DNA from: Candidatus Omnitrophota bacterium
Lineage (GTDB): Bacteria > CAIJMQ01
Length of the DNA: 64,000 nucleotides
NCBI GenBank assembly: GCA_018812925.1
Contig: JAHJCU010000004.1
Coordinates: 244,289-308,288, forward strand
Reading direction: 5' to 3'
The position numbers and the translations under genes were made by a program. Shown here in pieces: positions 20,272 through 29,801 of the stretch (position 1 is its first letter; each line of letters begins with the position of its first letter). Under the pieces are notes generated by a model. The model had not been told where the DNA came from. It saw nothing but the letters and a program-made list of their open reading frames with translations, and made no database searches.

Positions 20272-22137
20272 TTATTCCCCTTTATCATCTCCAAAAAAAG
20301 CCGCAGGGCCAACTTTCTTTTTTATCTCGAAAGACTTTTTTGCCAAATCAAAAGCCATGCCTAAATCTGCTTCGTCACATTTGTGGCAAGCGACTCTAAC
20401 AAGACCCCCCATTGTATATTTCTTGCCCGTTATATCTCTAAATGGACAATCTATATCTAGTAAGTCTTTTGGTGTTAAGCGAAGTGGAGCAATAGTAAGT
20501 TTTGATTTTTGGGGAAAAATACTAAAAAAAGGACCAACACCAATTCCGTCGTCAAAACTAAATTGACTCCTATCAACACGGACACTTATATTGTTGCTTA
20601 AAGCCAATATTTTATAAGTCAACTGTTTACAAAAATCAAGATGATATTTTAAAAACTTCAAGTTTTTCATATCTGGACCAAATAAAGATGCTTGTCCCCA
20701 TAATAATCCTAATGATGTTTTATCAAACTTTCTCATATGGGTAGATATTATAGTTTTTGCCTCTTGTTTGCTGATGAAGTGGGCCGGTATCTCGTCAATT
20801 TCTCGTTTAATTACTTCCCCTCTCTGTTGTATATCTACAACTCTTAACAAACCTAGATTTCCCCGAGTAAAGTATTCCTTCGGGGTTTCCCATTTCGGGA
20901 ATTTAGATATATGCACTTCTAGTATCCGTTCCAATTCAGTAAACAACAAAAAAGTAGAATAGGAAGCGTTATCGGAGTGAAATACTATAGGAATATCTTC
21001 TAAGAACCTCTCTCTATTATGTCCTATTTCCCCTATTTCCTCGCATTTGCAACGGAATTTTACGATGTTTCGATGAAAGAAATACACATTTATTGGATAT
21101 CTAATCTGCTCTAAATACTGGGTGGAATATACTCCTCCCATTCTCCAGACAAATTTATCATGTTCAGAGATGAAATCTTCATAGATATCCATTTTCTTCC
21201 AACTATCTGTTGCAAGTAAAAATGCCATCTTTTTCTCCGGTAGAATCAGAAAAGGGTTCCCAATTTTCTGTTTAATTATTTCCCACTCACTATTAGTAAC
21301 TGGGAAATTCGTACCCTCTGGCCGTCTTAATATACTGAGATTTCTAAGCCCTTCTATGTTCTTTAGTTCTTTGCGCAGGATAGGATTGTTTATTAATTTT
21401 TTGATAATTTTTATTTTAGCCATCCATCGTTCCTTCATAAACTTTTTTTCGTCAATCCGATATTTGTCAGGTCCTGCTGGGTTAGAATTGAAGAAAGGTT
21501 CGGATATAACTTCTGCAATAGCATAAATACCAGCATCCTTACCTGACATCCAAATCAAAGCTATATCACCAATCTTGATCTTATCTTTATATTGGAAAAT
21601 GCTCCAGCCATCGATATTGCAATTGGGATCAGTCAACGCGTTCAAAATATCATATTTGTCTGGATTTGCCTGAAAAATCCAAATATTTCTGTCTTTGCTT
21701 AAAGTGACTGGCTTTTCTTCAACTTTGCTTTCTTTTGGTTGGGTTTGTTCAACATCATCAAGAAATTTATAATTATGTTTTTGCGCTAGGTTCGATATGA
21801 AAGCAAGCCCTAATTCTTTACACTCAATTCCTACGTTCTCCAAAAAAAGTTTTCTTTCGCTGGGGATAATGTTTGCGCATAGTAGAAGCTCGATTGTTTT
21901 ATGAGGATTCTGTTGCTTTAATAAGCCGTAATATTCAATGATTTGTCCGGAGGCATCTCTCGATAAAATCCCCCTTTTGACTTCAACTATAATAGTTCGA
22001 TTATATTTGTCTTCAAAAACTATATCAGCAAAACAACTTCCTATCTTAACTTGTTGCCCAATAAGCTTAAAACCAGAATTAGGGAAGAAATCTTCGGGAT
22101 ATTGGGCGATAAGATTTTCTATATCTTTTTCCAACAT
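20272..22137 (-). CDS. NucS/EndoMS-like PD-(D/E)xK nuclease fused to EVE domain and further domains
   Basis: LEKDIE...ADIVFED...IVEVKRG...GQIIEY nuclease; WIFQANPDKYD...IGDIALIWMSG...GIYAIAEV...TNFPVT EVE. Confidence 0.75.
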   Translation of the reverse strand: MLEKDIENLIAQYPEDFFPNSGFKLIGQQVKIGSCFADIVFEDKYNRTIIVEVKRGILSRDASGQIIEYYGLLKQQNPHKTIELLLCANIIPSERKLFLENVGIECKELGLAFISNLAQKHNYKFLDDVEQTQPKESKVEEKPVTLSKDRNIWIFQANPDKYDILNALTDPNCNIDGWSIFQYKDKIKIGDIALIWMSGKDAGIYAIAEVISEPFFNSNPAGPDKYRIDEKKFMKERWMAKIKIIKKLINNPILRKELKNIEGLRNLSILRRPEGTNFPVTNSEWEIIKQKIGNPFLILPEKKMAFLLATDSWKKMDIYEDFISEHDKFVWRMGGVYSTQYLEQIRYPINVYFFHRNIVKFRCKCEEIGEIGHNRERFLEDIPIVFHSDNASYSTFLLFTELERILEVHISKFPKWETPKEYFTRGNLGLLRVVDIQQRGEVIKREIDEIPAHFISKQEAKTIISTHMRKFDKTSLGLLWGQASLFGPDMKNLKFLKYHLDFCKQLTYKILALSNNISVRVDRSQFSFDDGIGVGPFFSIFPQKSKLTIAPLRLTPKDLLDIDCPFRDITGKKYTMGGLVRVACHKCDEADLGMAFDLAKKSFEIKKKVGPAAFFGDDKGE

Positions 22138-22255
22138 AATTACCGTCTATTTTTGTAGGATTTTAAACTTAAAACTTATAACTTACCACTTAATACTATT
22201 TATCCCTTTTTCTCTTTTCTGACTTCTGTCCTCTGTCTTCTGTTATCTGTCTTTT

Positions 22256-23707
22256 TCACGCTTCCGGTCTAAGCAACGGAAACAGAATAACATCGCGGAT
22301 GGATTTGGAATCTGTAAGAAGCATTGTAAGGCGGTCGATTCCTATTCCCAATCCTGCGGTGGGCGGCATACCGTATTCCAACGCCGTTATGAAATCTTTA
22401 TCAAGAGGATGCGCCTCTTCGTCTCCTTTATCACGCATTTGTGTTTGTTTTTTAAACCTTTTTTCCTGTTCTCTCGGGTCGTTTAATTCCGTGTAAGCGT
22501 TGCCCAATTCAAGAGCGCCGATAAACGGCTGGAATCTTTCGACTATTTTACCTTCACTGCCTTTCTTTTCTTTTGCCAATGGCGAAAGTTCAATAGGGAA
22601 ATCCGTCACAAAAATCGGCTGAATAAAATTGGGGATTGCAAATTTTTTGAACAATGAATCCAAGATATGCCAAAAAGAATCGTCCGCGTCAACCCCTTTT
22701 TTCTTTGCTTCTTTTCTTATTTGTTCTTCCGAATCCTTCTCCACATCTATCCCGCAATATTTTTTAAACGCTTCTGCGTAAGTAATCCTTTCCCATTTTT
22801 CGGGGAAAGAGATTTTCTGGGATTGATAAATGACTTCATTACTGCCTTTAGTTTCTTTGACTAATTCATTGAACATTTGTTCTGTAAATTCCATTAAATC
22901 CTCGTAATCGGCATATGCCCAATAAAGTTCGAGCATCGTAAATTCCGGATTATGCCTTGTGGAAGTGCCCTCATTCCTGAAATTCCTGTTGAGCTCGTAG
23001 ATTTTTTCATATCCTCCGACAATTAACTTTTTAAGGTAAAGTTCGGGAGCAATCCTTAAATAAAGGTCAATATCTAAAGCGTTATGGTGGGTAATAAACG
23101 GCTTTGCTAAAGCGCCTCCGGGAAGTGGCTGCATCATTGGCGTTTCTACTTCTATAAAACTGTGCTTATTTAGAAAACTTCTCATACCGGTTATTATTTT
23201 GCTTCTTGTAAGAAAGATATCTTTAACTTCACCGTTCATTACCAAATCCAGATACCGCTGTCGGTATCTTGTTTCCACATCCTGTAGGCCATACCACTTT
23301 TGAGGAAGCGGATTTAAACACTTTGTTAAAGGCAAAAGTTCTTTTGCAACTATAGTAATTTCTCCGGTTCTTGTTTTAAAAACTTCACCGCTTACACCTA
23401 TATGGTCGCCAATATCCAATAATTGTAAAATTTCATAAGTTTCTTGCCCGACCGTATCCAGCTTGTAATAAACCTGAACTTTTGAATCTTTGTCTTGAAT
23501 ATCCATAAAAGTCGATTTGCCGTGTTCTCTAACACTCATTATCCTGCCTGCGACTTTTACGGGTTTGCCTTCAAATTCTTTGAATTGTTGATTAACTTGG
23601 CTTAACGAGCAGGAAATTGAAAATTTATTACTAAAAGGCTCTACGCCCTTTTCTTCCAATTTATTAAGTTTTTCTTCTCTTACCTTCGAAAGTTCGTCGC
23701 GTTTCAT
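22256..23707 (-). CDS. lysS: Lysine--tRNA ligase (class II)
   Basis: RYRQRYLDL, YLRIAPELYLK, FRNEG, HNPEFT, GMPPTAGLGIGIDRL. Confidence 0.98.
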   Translation of the reverse strand: MKRDELSKVREEKLNKLEEKGVEPFSNKFSISCSLSQVNQQFKEFEGKPVKVAGRIMSVREHGKSTFMDIQDKDSKVQVYYKLDTVGQETYEILQLLDIGDHIGVSGEVFKTRTGEITIVAKELLPLTKCLNPLPQKWYGLQDVETRYRQRYLDLVMNGEVKDIFLTRSKIITGMRSFLNKHSFIEVETPMMQPLPGGALAKPFITHHNALDIDLYLRIAPELYLKKLIVGGYEKIYELNRNFRNEGTSTRHNPEFTMLELYWAYADYEDLMEFTEQMFNELVKETKGSNEVIYQSQKISFPEKWERITYAEAFKKYCGIDVEKDSEEQIRKEAKKKGVDADDSFWHILDSLFKKFAIPNFIQPIFVTDFPIELSPLAKEKKGSEGKIVERFQPFIGALELGNAYTELNDPREQEKRFKKQTQMRDKGDEEAHPLDKDFITALEYGMPPTAGLGIGIDRLTMLLTDSKSIRDVILFPLLRPEA

Positions 23708-23735
23708 AATTTTTACCTTTATAAAGATTGAATGG

Positions 23736-23765
23736 ATTATAGAAAACCCTTACTATATAAGTCAA
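23736..23765 (-). promoter_or_regulatory. Promoter of lysS operon
   Basis: TTGACT, 18 nt, TATAAT. Confidence 0.6.
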
Positions 23766-23890
23766 TTTTGATAAACTGTATTAAATACCCTTTTTTCATC
23801 AATTGTACGTCTGCCCATCATTTTTGCCGTTTAAGAATTTGAATGCTATTGACAGTCGTTGTAAAATGGTGATTGAGGATAAGATAAAAA

Positions 23891-24970
23891 ATGAAAAAGC
23901 TAGAGTTTATTGTACCCCCGCAAACTTATCAAAAAGCGGAGCCAAAGGGGAAAATAAAAAAAGAAAGCGTAGTAGACCCATACTTGCATCTTGTCAGAAG
24001 CCTAAGCCAACTTATGAGCACAAATAAACTTTATGGAACTAACCATAAAATATTCAAAGAGCATTTGAAGCAAGTCTTTCCGGAAGTCAGCAAATTGCTG
24101 TTGGAAAAGAAATCTATTTCTTTTTTTGAAACAGATAATACTCTTTTAGTAAACCGCAAAAAGATTGAAACTAACGATGGATTGACTAAACGGCTACTGA
24201 GAAGTCTTTGCGATCTATCAGTGGGATACCTAATATTAGAATCAGGACTAACCCTTGAAGAATTTATAGTTTTTATACGTCTGTTATGTAACGAAGAACC
24301 TCTAAAGGGAGAAGAAAATATAAAGCAATACTTAAAAGAAAAAGGGGCTAATCACGTACTTGTCCGTTCTGCTACTTACAAATTAGTTGAGGAAGACGAG
24401 AAAGTTGTAAAAAAAGGCGAGGTTCTGGCAATTGAAGAGCTCTCTTTTGAGATACGTAATAGATTTTTACAAGATTTGAAAAACGGAGAGGTAGGCAAAA
24501 AACTCGTAAAAGAAGAACGAAAATATAGAGAGTTAGCCCACGACCCTTCTTTCCTTTCTAAGGCAATATTTGATTTAGCCAAAAATAAAGATAACCCCGA
24601 AGACCTTGCAAAAATTATTTGGTTGATTGGCGACTATATGATAGGTGAAATTGATACCGCTAGAGAAGAAAAAATTAATCGTATAGCAATAGAGAAACTA
24701 AAAAAACAGATATTCATTTTATGGAGAGAGAAGATAAGTAAACCAGATATGGAGAAACATATTCAAAAAACCTTTACCGCAATAAGTCTTGCTTCAAAGA
24801 TTAAAGGATTAATCTTGCTTTATGAAAAATATACAAAAAACTTGGAAAAGAATGCGTCCCAAATTCAGAAAATATTAGAAACACTACCTAAAGAAAGCCA
24901 GTTATATCAGCAAACAAAAGAAAAATTAGACAAAATCGGCTTATTCCCTCCCCAAAAAACGAATAAATAA
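23891..24970 (+). CDS. Hypothetical protein
   Basis: 359 aa, GAGGA SD and TTGAAT-17-TAAAAT upstream; no catalytic motif recognised. Confidence 0.75.
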   Translation: MKKLEFIVPPQTYQKAEPKGKIKKESVVDPYLHLVRSLSQLMSTNKLYGTNHKIFKEHLKQVFPEVSKLLLEKKSISFFETDNTLLVNRKKIETNDGLTKRLLRSLCDLSVGYLILESGLTLEEFIVFIRLLCNEEPLKGEENIKQYLKEKGANHVLVRSATYKLVEEDEKVVKKGEVLAIEELSFEIRNRFLQDLKNGEVGKKLVKEERKYRELAHDPSFLSKAIFDLAKNKDNPEDLAKIIWLIGDYMIGEIDTAREEKINRIAIEKLKKQIFILWREKISKPDMEKHIQKTFTAISLASKIKGLILLYEKYTKNLEKNASQIQKILETLPKESQLYQQTKEKLDKIGLFPPQKTNK

Positions 24971-25068
24971 ATTCACCCATCTTTTATATAGCAAAACCAC
25001 CCATTTTTAGTGTCTATTGCAATCTTTTAAAAACAATATGCTAAAATATTTTTATATTCAATGTATTT

Positions 25069-25190
25069 ACCCCGTTAAAGATCGAAAAGAAGAAACTATG
25101 AATTGTCTATCGCTTCAGAAATAAAGGGGGAATGTCCAAAGGTTAAGTGTGATTCACGGTCGCCATATGGCGACCTATCTCTAACGGGGT
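25069..25190. mobile_element. MITE-like element (family A)
   Basis: ACCCCGTTAAAGAT ... ACGGTCGCCATATGGCGACCTATCTCTAACGGGGT; interior unrelated to the 10132 copy. Confidence 0.7.
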
Positions 25191-25252
25191 TTACTTCTCA
25201 ATATGTGTTATATAACACAGTTCAAACAAGAAAAACGAACTAATTCCGATAT

Positions 25253-26011
25253 ATGAAATCAAATATATATATGCCCAGAACTTACAGAAAAACTTCCAAG
25301 CCAAAAGACCTTTATTGTTACGAGATAAAACATAAGGAAAGTGACCTGCTTATAAGTTCCGGGGAAAACCTTAAAGACACGGCTTTGAAAAGTTTAAAAA
25401 AATACAGAAACCAGATTGAGGAATATATAGAAAAAGACCCTCATTTTGCATCTGCTTTGATTCCTTATAAACTTTTAAAGAGTGCGCCGCTTATTACAAG
25501 AAAAATGCAGGAGGCGGGAAAAGTTTGCGGGGTGGGCCCAATGGCCGCAGTAGCAGGCGCCATCAGCCAATTTGTAGGGAAAGACCTTTTAAAATTAACT
25601 GACGAGGTCATCATAGAAAACGGGGGAGATATATTCATAAAAACTAAAAAGACACGCAAAATCGCAATATTTTCAGGTAACACTCCCTGGAAAGATAAAC
25701 TGATTTTAGTAATAAATCCCGAACAGACTCCGATTGGGATATGTACATCAAGCGGAAAAATAGGACACTCACTTTCTTTCGGGAAAGCAGACGCCGTTGC
25801 TGTAACATCCGACTGCGCAATATTAGCTGACGCTGTTGCTACCGCAGTAGGGAATATGATACAATCGCCCCACGATATCCCGAAAGCTATCCGTTATTGC
25901 AGGAAAATTAAAAATATCAAAGGTTTAGTTATAATTAAGGATAGTGATTTAGGAATATGGGGTGATATTCAGTTGGAAGATAGAGAAAGAAATACAATAG
26001 AAATACGGTAG
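25253..26011 (+). CDS. UPF0280/ApbE-like protein
   Basis: GVGPMAAVAGA, ENGGDI, ICTSSG.IGHSLSFG.ADA. Confidence 0.9.
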   Translation: MKSNIYMPRTYRKTSKPKDLYCYEIKHKESDLLISSGENLKDTALKSLKKYRNQIEEYIEKDPHFASALIPYKLLKSAPLITRKMQEAGKVCGVGPMAAVAGAISQFVGKDLLKLTDEVIIENGGDIFIKTKKTRKIAIFSGNTPWKDKLILVINPEQTPIGICTSSGKIGHSLSFGKADAVAVTSDCAILADAVATAVGNMIQSPHDIPKAIRYCRKIKNIKGLVIIKDSDLGIWGDIQLEDRERNTIEIR

Positions 26012-26060
26012 AAATGCAGTGGAAATACGTAGTAGAAAGGCAATATATTTCGATATATTT

Positions 26061-26087
26061 CCCCGCCTGCTTGCGAAGCGGGCAGGC
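26061..26087. repeat. REP-like hairpin (family D)
   Basis: CCCCGCCTGCTTGCGAAGCGGGCAGGC within a GAAAT/ATTTC repeat array. Confidence 0.75.
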
Positions 26088-26141
26088 ACATATTTCAATT
26101 TATTTCCATTGACGAATAATAAATGAGGGGGTGAAAATTTA

Positions 26142-26339
26142 GTGCCGCATGTTAAGTTAGATAAAGGTGAACCTTTAGATAAGGTCTTAAGAAAATTCAA
26201 GAGACAGCTGGAAAGAGAAGGCTTATTCAAAGAATTAAGAAGAAGAGAATTCTACGAAAAGCCCACGGAAAAAAGAAGAAAAAAATATTTGAAAACCGTT
26301 AAGAAAATCGCATATGCGAGAAGACACCCAGAAGCATGA
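26142..26339 (+). CDS. rpsU: 30S ribosomal protein S21
   Basis: LRKFKR...ELRRREFYEKP; GTG start with SD. Confidence 0.93.
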   Translation: MPHVKLDKGEPLDKVLRKFKRQLEREGLFKELRRREFYEKPTEKRRKKYLKTVKKIAYARRHPEA

Positions 26340-26443
26340 TCCCATTAGAAGTCCCGCCATTAATGCAATGTCGGGCAGTTCCAATACCCGCCTTGATGAG
26401 ATAAAGGCGAGGCAGGTAAAGCCGGAACTTACTTCTAACGGAA
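26340..26443. mobile_element. 104-bp family-A-like insertion at the rpsU/apgM junction
   Basis: Ends TCCCATTAGAAGT / ACTTCTAACGGAA are imperfect inverted repeats; contains a family-D-like hairpin CCCGCCTT...AAGGCGAGGCAGG. Confidence 0.65.
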
Positions 26444-27636
26444 CAAGTTTATTAAAAAAATTATCCAAGGCTACGTCGTCAAAGATTATTTTATTTGTGA
26501 TGGACGGTGTGGGCGGCTTGCCCATAGAAGGCAAAACAGAACTTGAACACGCCTTAAAGCCTAACCTTGATTCTTTGGCAAGACAAAGCGTATGCGGAGT
26601 AGTTGACCCGATATCAGCCGGAATAACTCCCGGTAGCGGTCCTGCGCATTTGGGACTGTTTGGATGTGACCCATTAAAATACAATATAGGACGAGGAGTG
26701 CTTGAAGCCTCAGGCATAAACTTTCCTTTGGAAAAAGACGATTTGGCTGTTCGCATAAATTTCGCGACAATTGACAAAGAAGGGAAAATTACCGATAGAA
26801 GAGCCGGCAGAATTTCTACCGAAATAAACGAAAAATTATGCGAAGAATTAAGTAGAATAAAGATAGATTCAGTAAAAATTTTCGTAAAACCTGTTAAAGA
26901 ACATCGCGCAGTGGTGGTATTTAGGGGCAAAAATTTATCGGAAGCAATTGCTGAAACAGACCCTCAAGTATTAGGAGCGCTTCCCTTGGAACCTATTGCC
27001 TTGTCCAAAGAAGCCCAAACCACCTCTGAAATTATAAGTAAATTCGTATCCGAAGCAAAAAAGGTCCTTGCGCCTCATCATCCTGCAAATATGTTATTGT
27101 TAAGAGGTTTTGCAAAACCGCCTTCTTTGCCTTCTTTTCAGGAAATATACCGTCTTAATCCTGCGGCCATTGCAACATATCCAATGTATAAGGGACTTGC
27201 CCGTCTTGTAGGTATGAAAGTTTTGCAGTTAAAAGGCGGTAATATTGAAGATGAGGTAACAGCTTTAGAAGAAAACTATAAAGACCACGACTTTTTCTTT
27301 ATTCACATAAAAGGAACAGATAGCGCCGGTGAAGACGGAGATTGGAAAAGAAAAGTGCAGGTAATCGAAAATGCGGATAAATTTATTCCTAGAATTCTTA
27401 AACTCAAACCCGAATCCTTAGTAATAACAGGCGACCACTCTACTCCATCTGTCCTTAAATCACATTCATGGCATCCTGTCCCGATACTTCTTTATTCTCC
27501 TACTTGCAGAGTTGATGATGTGAATAATTTTTCTGAAACCGCCTGCGTTAAAGGCGGATTAGGCAGAATCAAGGCGTTAGATATAATGCCTCTTGCTATG
27601 GCTCATGCGCAGAAATTAGAAAAATACGGGGCTTAA
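26368..27636 (+). CDS. apgM: 2,3-bisphosphoglycerate-independent phosphoglycerate mutase (ApgM type); start uncertain
   Basis: MDGVGG, TPGSGPAHL, GRGVLEA, RINFAT, DRRAGR, HIKGTD, TGDHSTP, HSWHPVP. Confidence 0.9.
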   Translation: MSGSSNTRLDEIKARQVKPELTSNGTSLLKKLSKATSSKIILFVMDGVGGLPIEGKTELEHALKPNLDSLARQSVCGVVDPISAGITPGSGPAHLGLFGCDPLKYNIGRGVLEASGINFPLEKDDLAVRINFATIDKEGKITDRRAGRISTEINEKLCEELSRIKIDSVKIFVKPVKEHRAVVVFRGKNLSEAIAETDPQVLGALPLEPIALSKEAQTTSEIISKFVSEAKKVLAPHHPANMLLLRGFAKPPSLPSFQEIYRLNPAAIATYPMYKGLARLVGMKVLQLKGGNIEDEVTALEENYKDHDFFFIHIKGTDSAGEDGDWKRKVQVIENADKFIPRILKLKPESLVITGDHSTPSVLKSHSWHPVPILLYSPTCRVDDVNNFSETACVKGGLGRIKALDIMPLAMAHAQKLEKYGA

Positions 27637-27680
27637 TAGCCGACTATCGCAATCAACGCCTTCTTTTTTAAAATAATATA

Positions 27681-28682
27681 ATGACATCCGAATACAAATT
27701 CAAACTCGCTGTTCTTCTGTTAATAATAGTTATCGCGGGCGGAATATTCGGTTATATGGCCATAGAAGATTGGACATTTCTGGATGCACTTTACATGACC
27801 ATAATAACCGTGGCAACAGTAGGTTTTGAAGAAGTTCATAATTTATCCACTACAGGTAGAATTTTTACTATAGGGCTGATAATATCAAGTATATCCATTT
27901 TAGCCTATGGTATTACTGCTATTTCCAGTTTTATTATAGAAGGTCAGTTCCGTGAAATAGGAAGGAGAAGAAAAATGGAAGCGAAAATCAAAAAGCTTAA
28001 AAATCATTTTATTGTATGCGGTGAAGGAAAAGTATGCTTGCAGGTCGTAGAAGAATTGCAAAGAGCAAAAGTTTCTTTTGTAGTGATTGCCAATAATATT
28101 CAGGCATTTGAAGAAGATCAGGGACTGACTTTAATACAAGGTGACGCAACGGACGACGAAATATTGAAAAAAGCAAAAATAGAGGATGCAAAGGGGCTAA
28201 TTGCGTGCCTTAATTCCGATACTGACAACCTATTTATTACCCTTTCAGCCCGAGCATTGAATCCCAAACTTAATATTGTGGCTGAAGCAAGAGAAGAGAT
28301 TTCGCAAAGCAAAATGCTTAAGGCAGGAGCAAATAATGTAATTTCCCCCGATATTATAGGCGGAAGAAGAATGGCTTCTGTACTATTAAGACCTACTGTC
28401 GTTTCTTTTTTGGATGTTATGACAAGAGGTGATAATGATGTTACCTTAAGGCTGGAAGAAGTTAAACTATGTCCTAACTCTACGCTAGTAGGGAAAACTC
28501 TAAACGATACGGAAATTCGCAAGAAAACAGGCACTCTTGTAGTAGCGATAAAAGATAATGAAACCGGTATAATTAAATACAACCCTCCGTCACACTCAAT
28601 ACTTAAGGCAGAAGATATTCTTTTAGTATTAGGAGAAGAAGAAACAATTAATAAATTGTCGCAACTTTGTAAAAAAGATTAG
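27681..28682 (+). CDS. Potassium channel with RCK (TrkA-N, TrkA-C) domains
   Basis: Two TMs with TVATVGFEE filter, HFIVCG, GDAT, C-terminal NP...D.L.V.G. Confidence 0.9.
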   Translation: MTSEYKFKLAVLLLIIVIAGGIFGYMAIEDWTFLDALYMTIITVATVGFEEVHNLSTTGRIFTIGLIISSISILAYGITAISSFIIEGQFREIGRRRKMEAKIKKLKNHFIVCGEGKVCLQVVEELQRAKVSFVVIANNIQAFEEDQGLTLIQGDATDDEILKKAKIEDAKGLIACLNSDTDNLFITLSARALNPKLNIVAEAREEISQSKMLKAGANNVISPDIIGGRRMASVLLRPTVVSFLDVMTRGDNDVTLRLEEVKLCPNSTLVGKTLNDTEIRKKTGTLVVAIKDNETGIIKYNPPSHSILKAEDILLVLGEEETINKLSQLCKKD

Positions 28683-28789
28683 ATTTTCAAGAAAGAAAAA
28701 AGCGCCTTAGGACAGTTAAAAATTATATTACACATAAGTTTTTTCTATCTCTGCTAAATGTTCTGTTCCGGAAAAGAAAATCTTACATC

Positions 28790-29755
28790 CTAATATGGTT
28801 CCACATTGATAGTGCCTGTTACGGAAATAGGCATAGATATCGGCTGCTGTATTTCAGGAGACTGAACTATTATACTCCCGGTTAATCTCATATTTTGGTT
28901 AGAATGTTTTATCCAGCCCGTAGATTCTTGTATCTCCATAATTCCCGTCACAGAACCTGACATATTGTACTGAATTTTATCGGGTCCCATCTCTATCGGA
29001 CCGACGTCTCGATTAGTTTGAATCATTGCAAATACATCAATAACGGCTATCCCGTTTTTTCGTTCCTTTAATGTGTATATCGCATCAATAACCATGGGAA
29101 ATCCTTGATTCATGGTAGTTTTTCTCTGCCAGGTGTCTCCAATACCAATCGGGTTATCAGGATACATATTAAATGAGTTCTCCGTATTTGTTTTTAGCGC
29201 CTCTTCGCTATACTGCATTTTCATCTGAGTTTCCATACCGGCTCTCTCAGGTCCTCCTTCAGATAACTCATTAATTTTCTCCTGTATACGTTCCCAAAGT
29301 GCGTCTGCACCCTTAATTTCTTTTACATGTCCATCAGAAGTTATTGTTATTATTAAACTCTGTCCTGCAATAGCACCAAAGATAGATGCTATAGGATTAT
29401 CACTAGAAACAGAAGTATCAGAAGAATCATATTCAATATTCTGATTAGGATCAGGAATCCAAATTTTAGAAAGGATTGCATCATACGTAACTTTTAGCAC
29501 AAGAGTGCTATCAGCTTGCACATCTTCCACAGTATACATATTTCTCATCTCTGTTTTCTGGGTTATTGTCACTACTTGCCCCGGAACAGTTTGATTAATC
29601 TTCATATCTTGAGTAGTCTTCGTCTTATAAGATTGTCCTTTTTCTAACCGAAGTTTTAAATCTACCTTCTCTTCAGCATAAACACAAGAAATCATGACAC
29701 TGATAACCATTATTACAACTATAAGGATTCCCGATAAAATCCTTTTTTTTCGCAT
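28790..29755 (-). CDS. Secreted hypothetical protein (DUF6263-like), paralogue 2
   Basis: Signal peptide; LKLRLEKGQSY, YDS, GHVKEI.G, YP...IGDTW; highly similar to 29802-30770. Confidence 0.75.
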   Translation of the reverse strand: MRKKRILSGILIVVIMVISVMISCVYAEEKVDLKLRLEKGQSYKTKTTQDMKINQTVPGQVVTITQKTEMRNMYTVEDVQADSTLVLKVTYDAILSKIWIPDPNQNIEYDSSDTSVSSDNPIASIFGAIAGQSLIITITSDGHVKEIKGADALWERIQEKINELSEGGPERAGMETQMKMQYSEEALKTNTENSFNMYPDNPIGIGDTWQRKTTMNQGFPMVIDAIYTLKERKNGIAVIDVFAMIQTNRDVGPIEMGPDKIQYNMSGSVTGIMEIQESTGWIKHSNQNMRLTGSIIVQSPEIQQPISMPISVTGTINVEPY

Positions 29756-29801
29756 ATTTCTCCTATCTTTTAAAAGTTTAGAGTATTTCGGTATTCTATC
29801 A

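Noticed and set aside
26340..26443. SRP RNA (CAGGTAAAG resembles part of the conserved loop)
   Set aside because: No SRP helix 8 geometry; better explained as a family A/D repeat.
26235..26930. 231-aa antisense ORF, and similar ones (49029-49811, 4408-4914, 10237-10713, 52683-53174, 107-361)
   Set aside because: Shadow frames opposite well-supported genes, with no motifs or SD.
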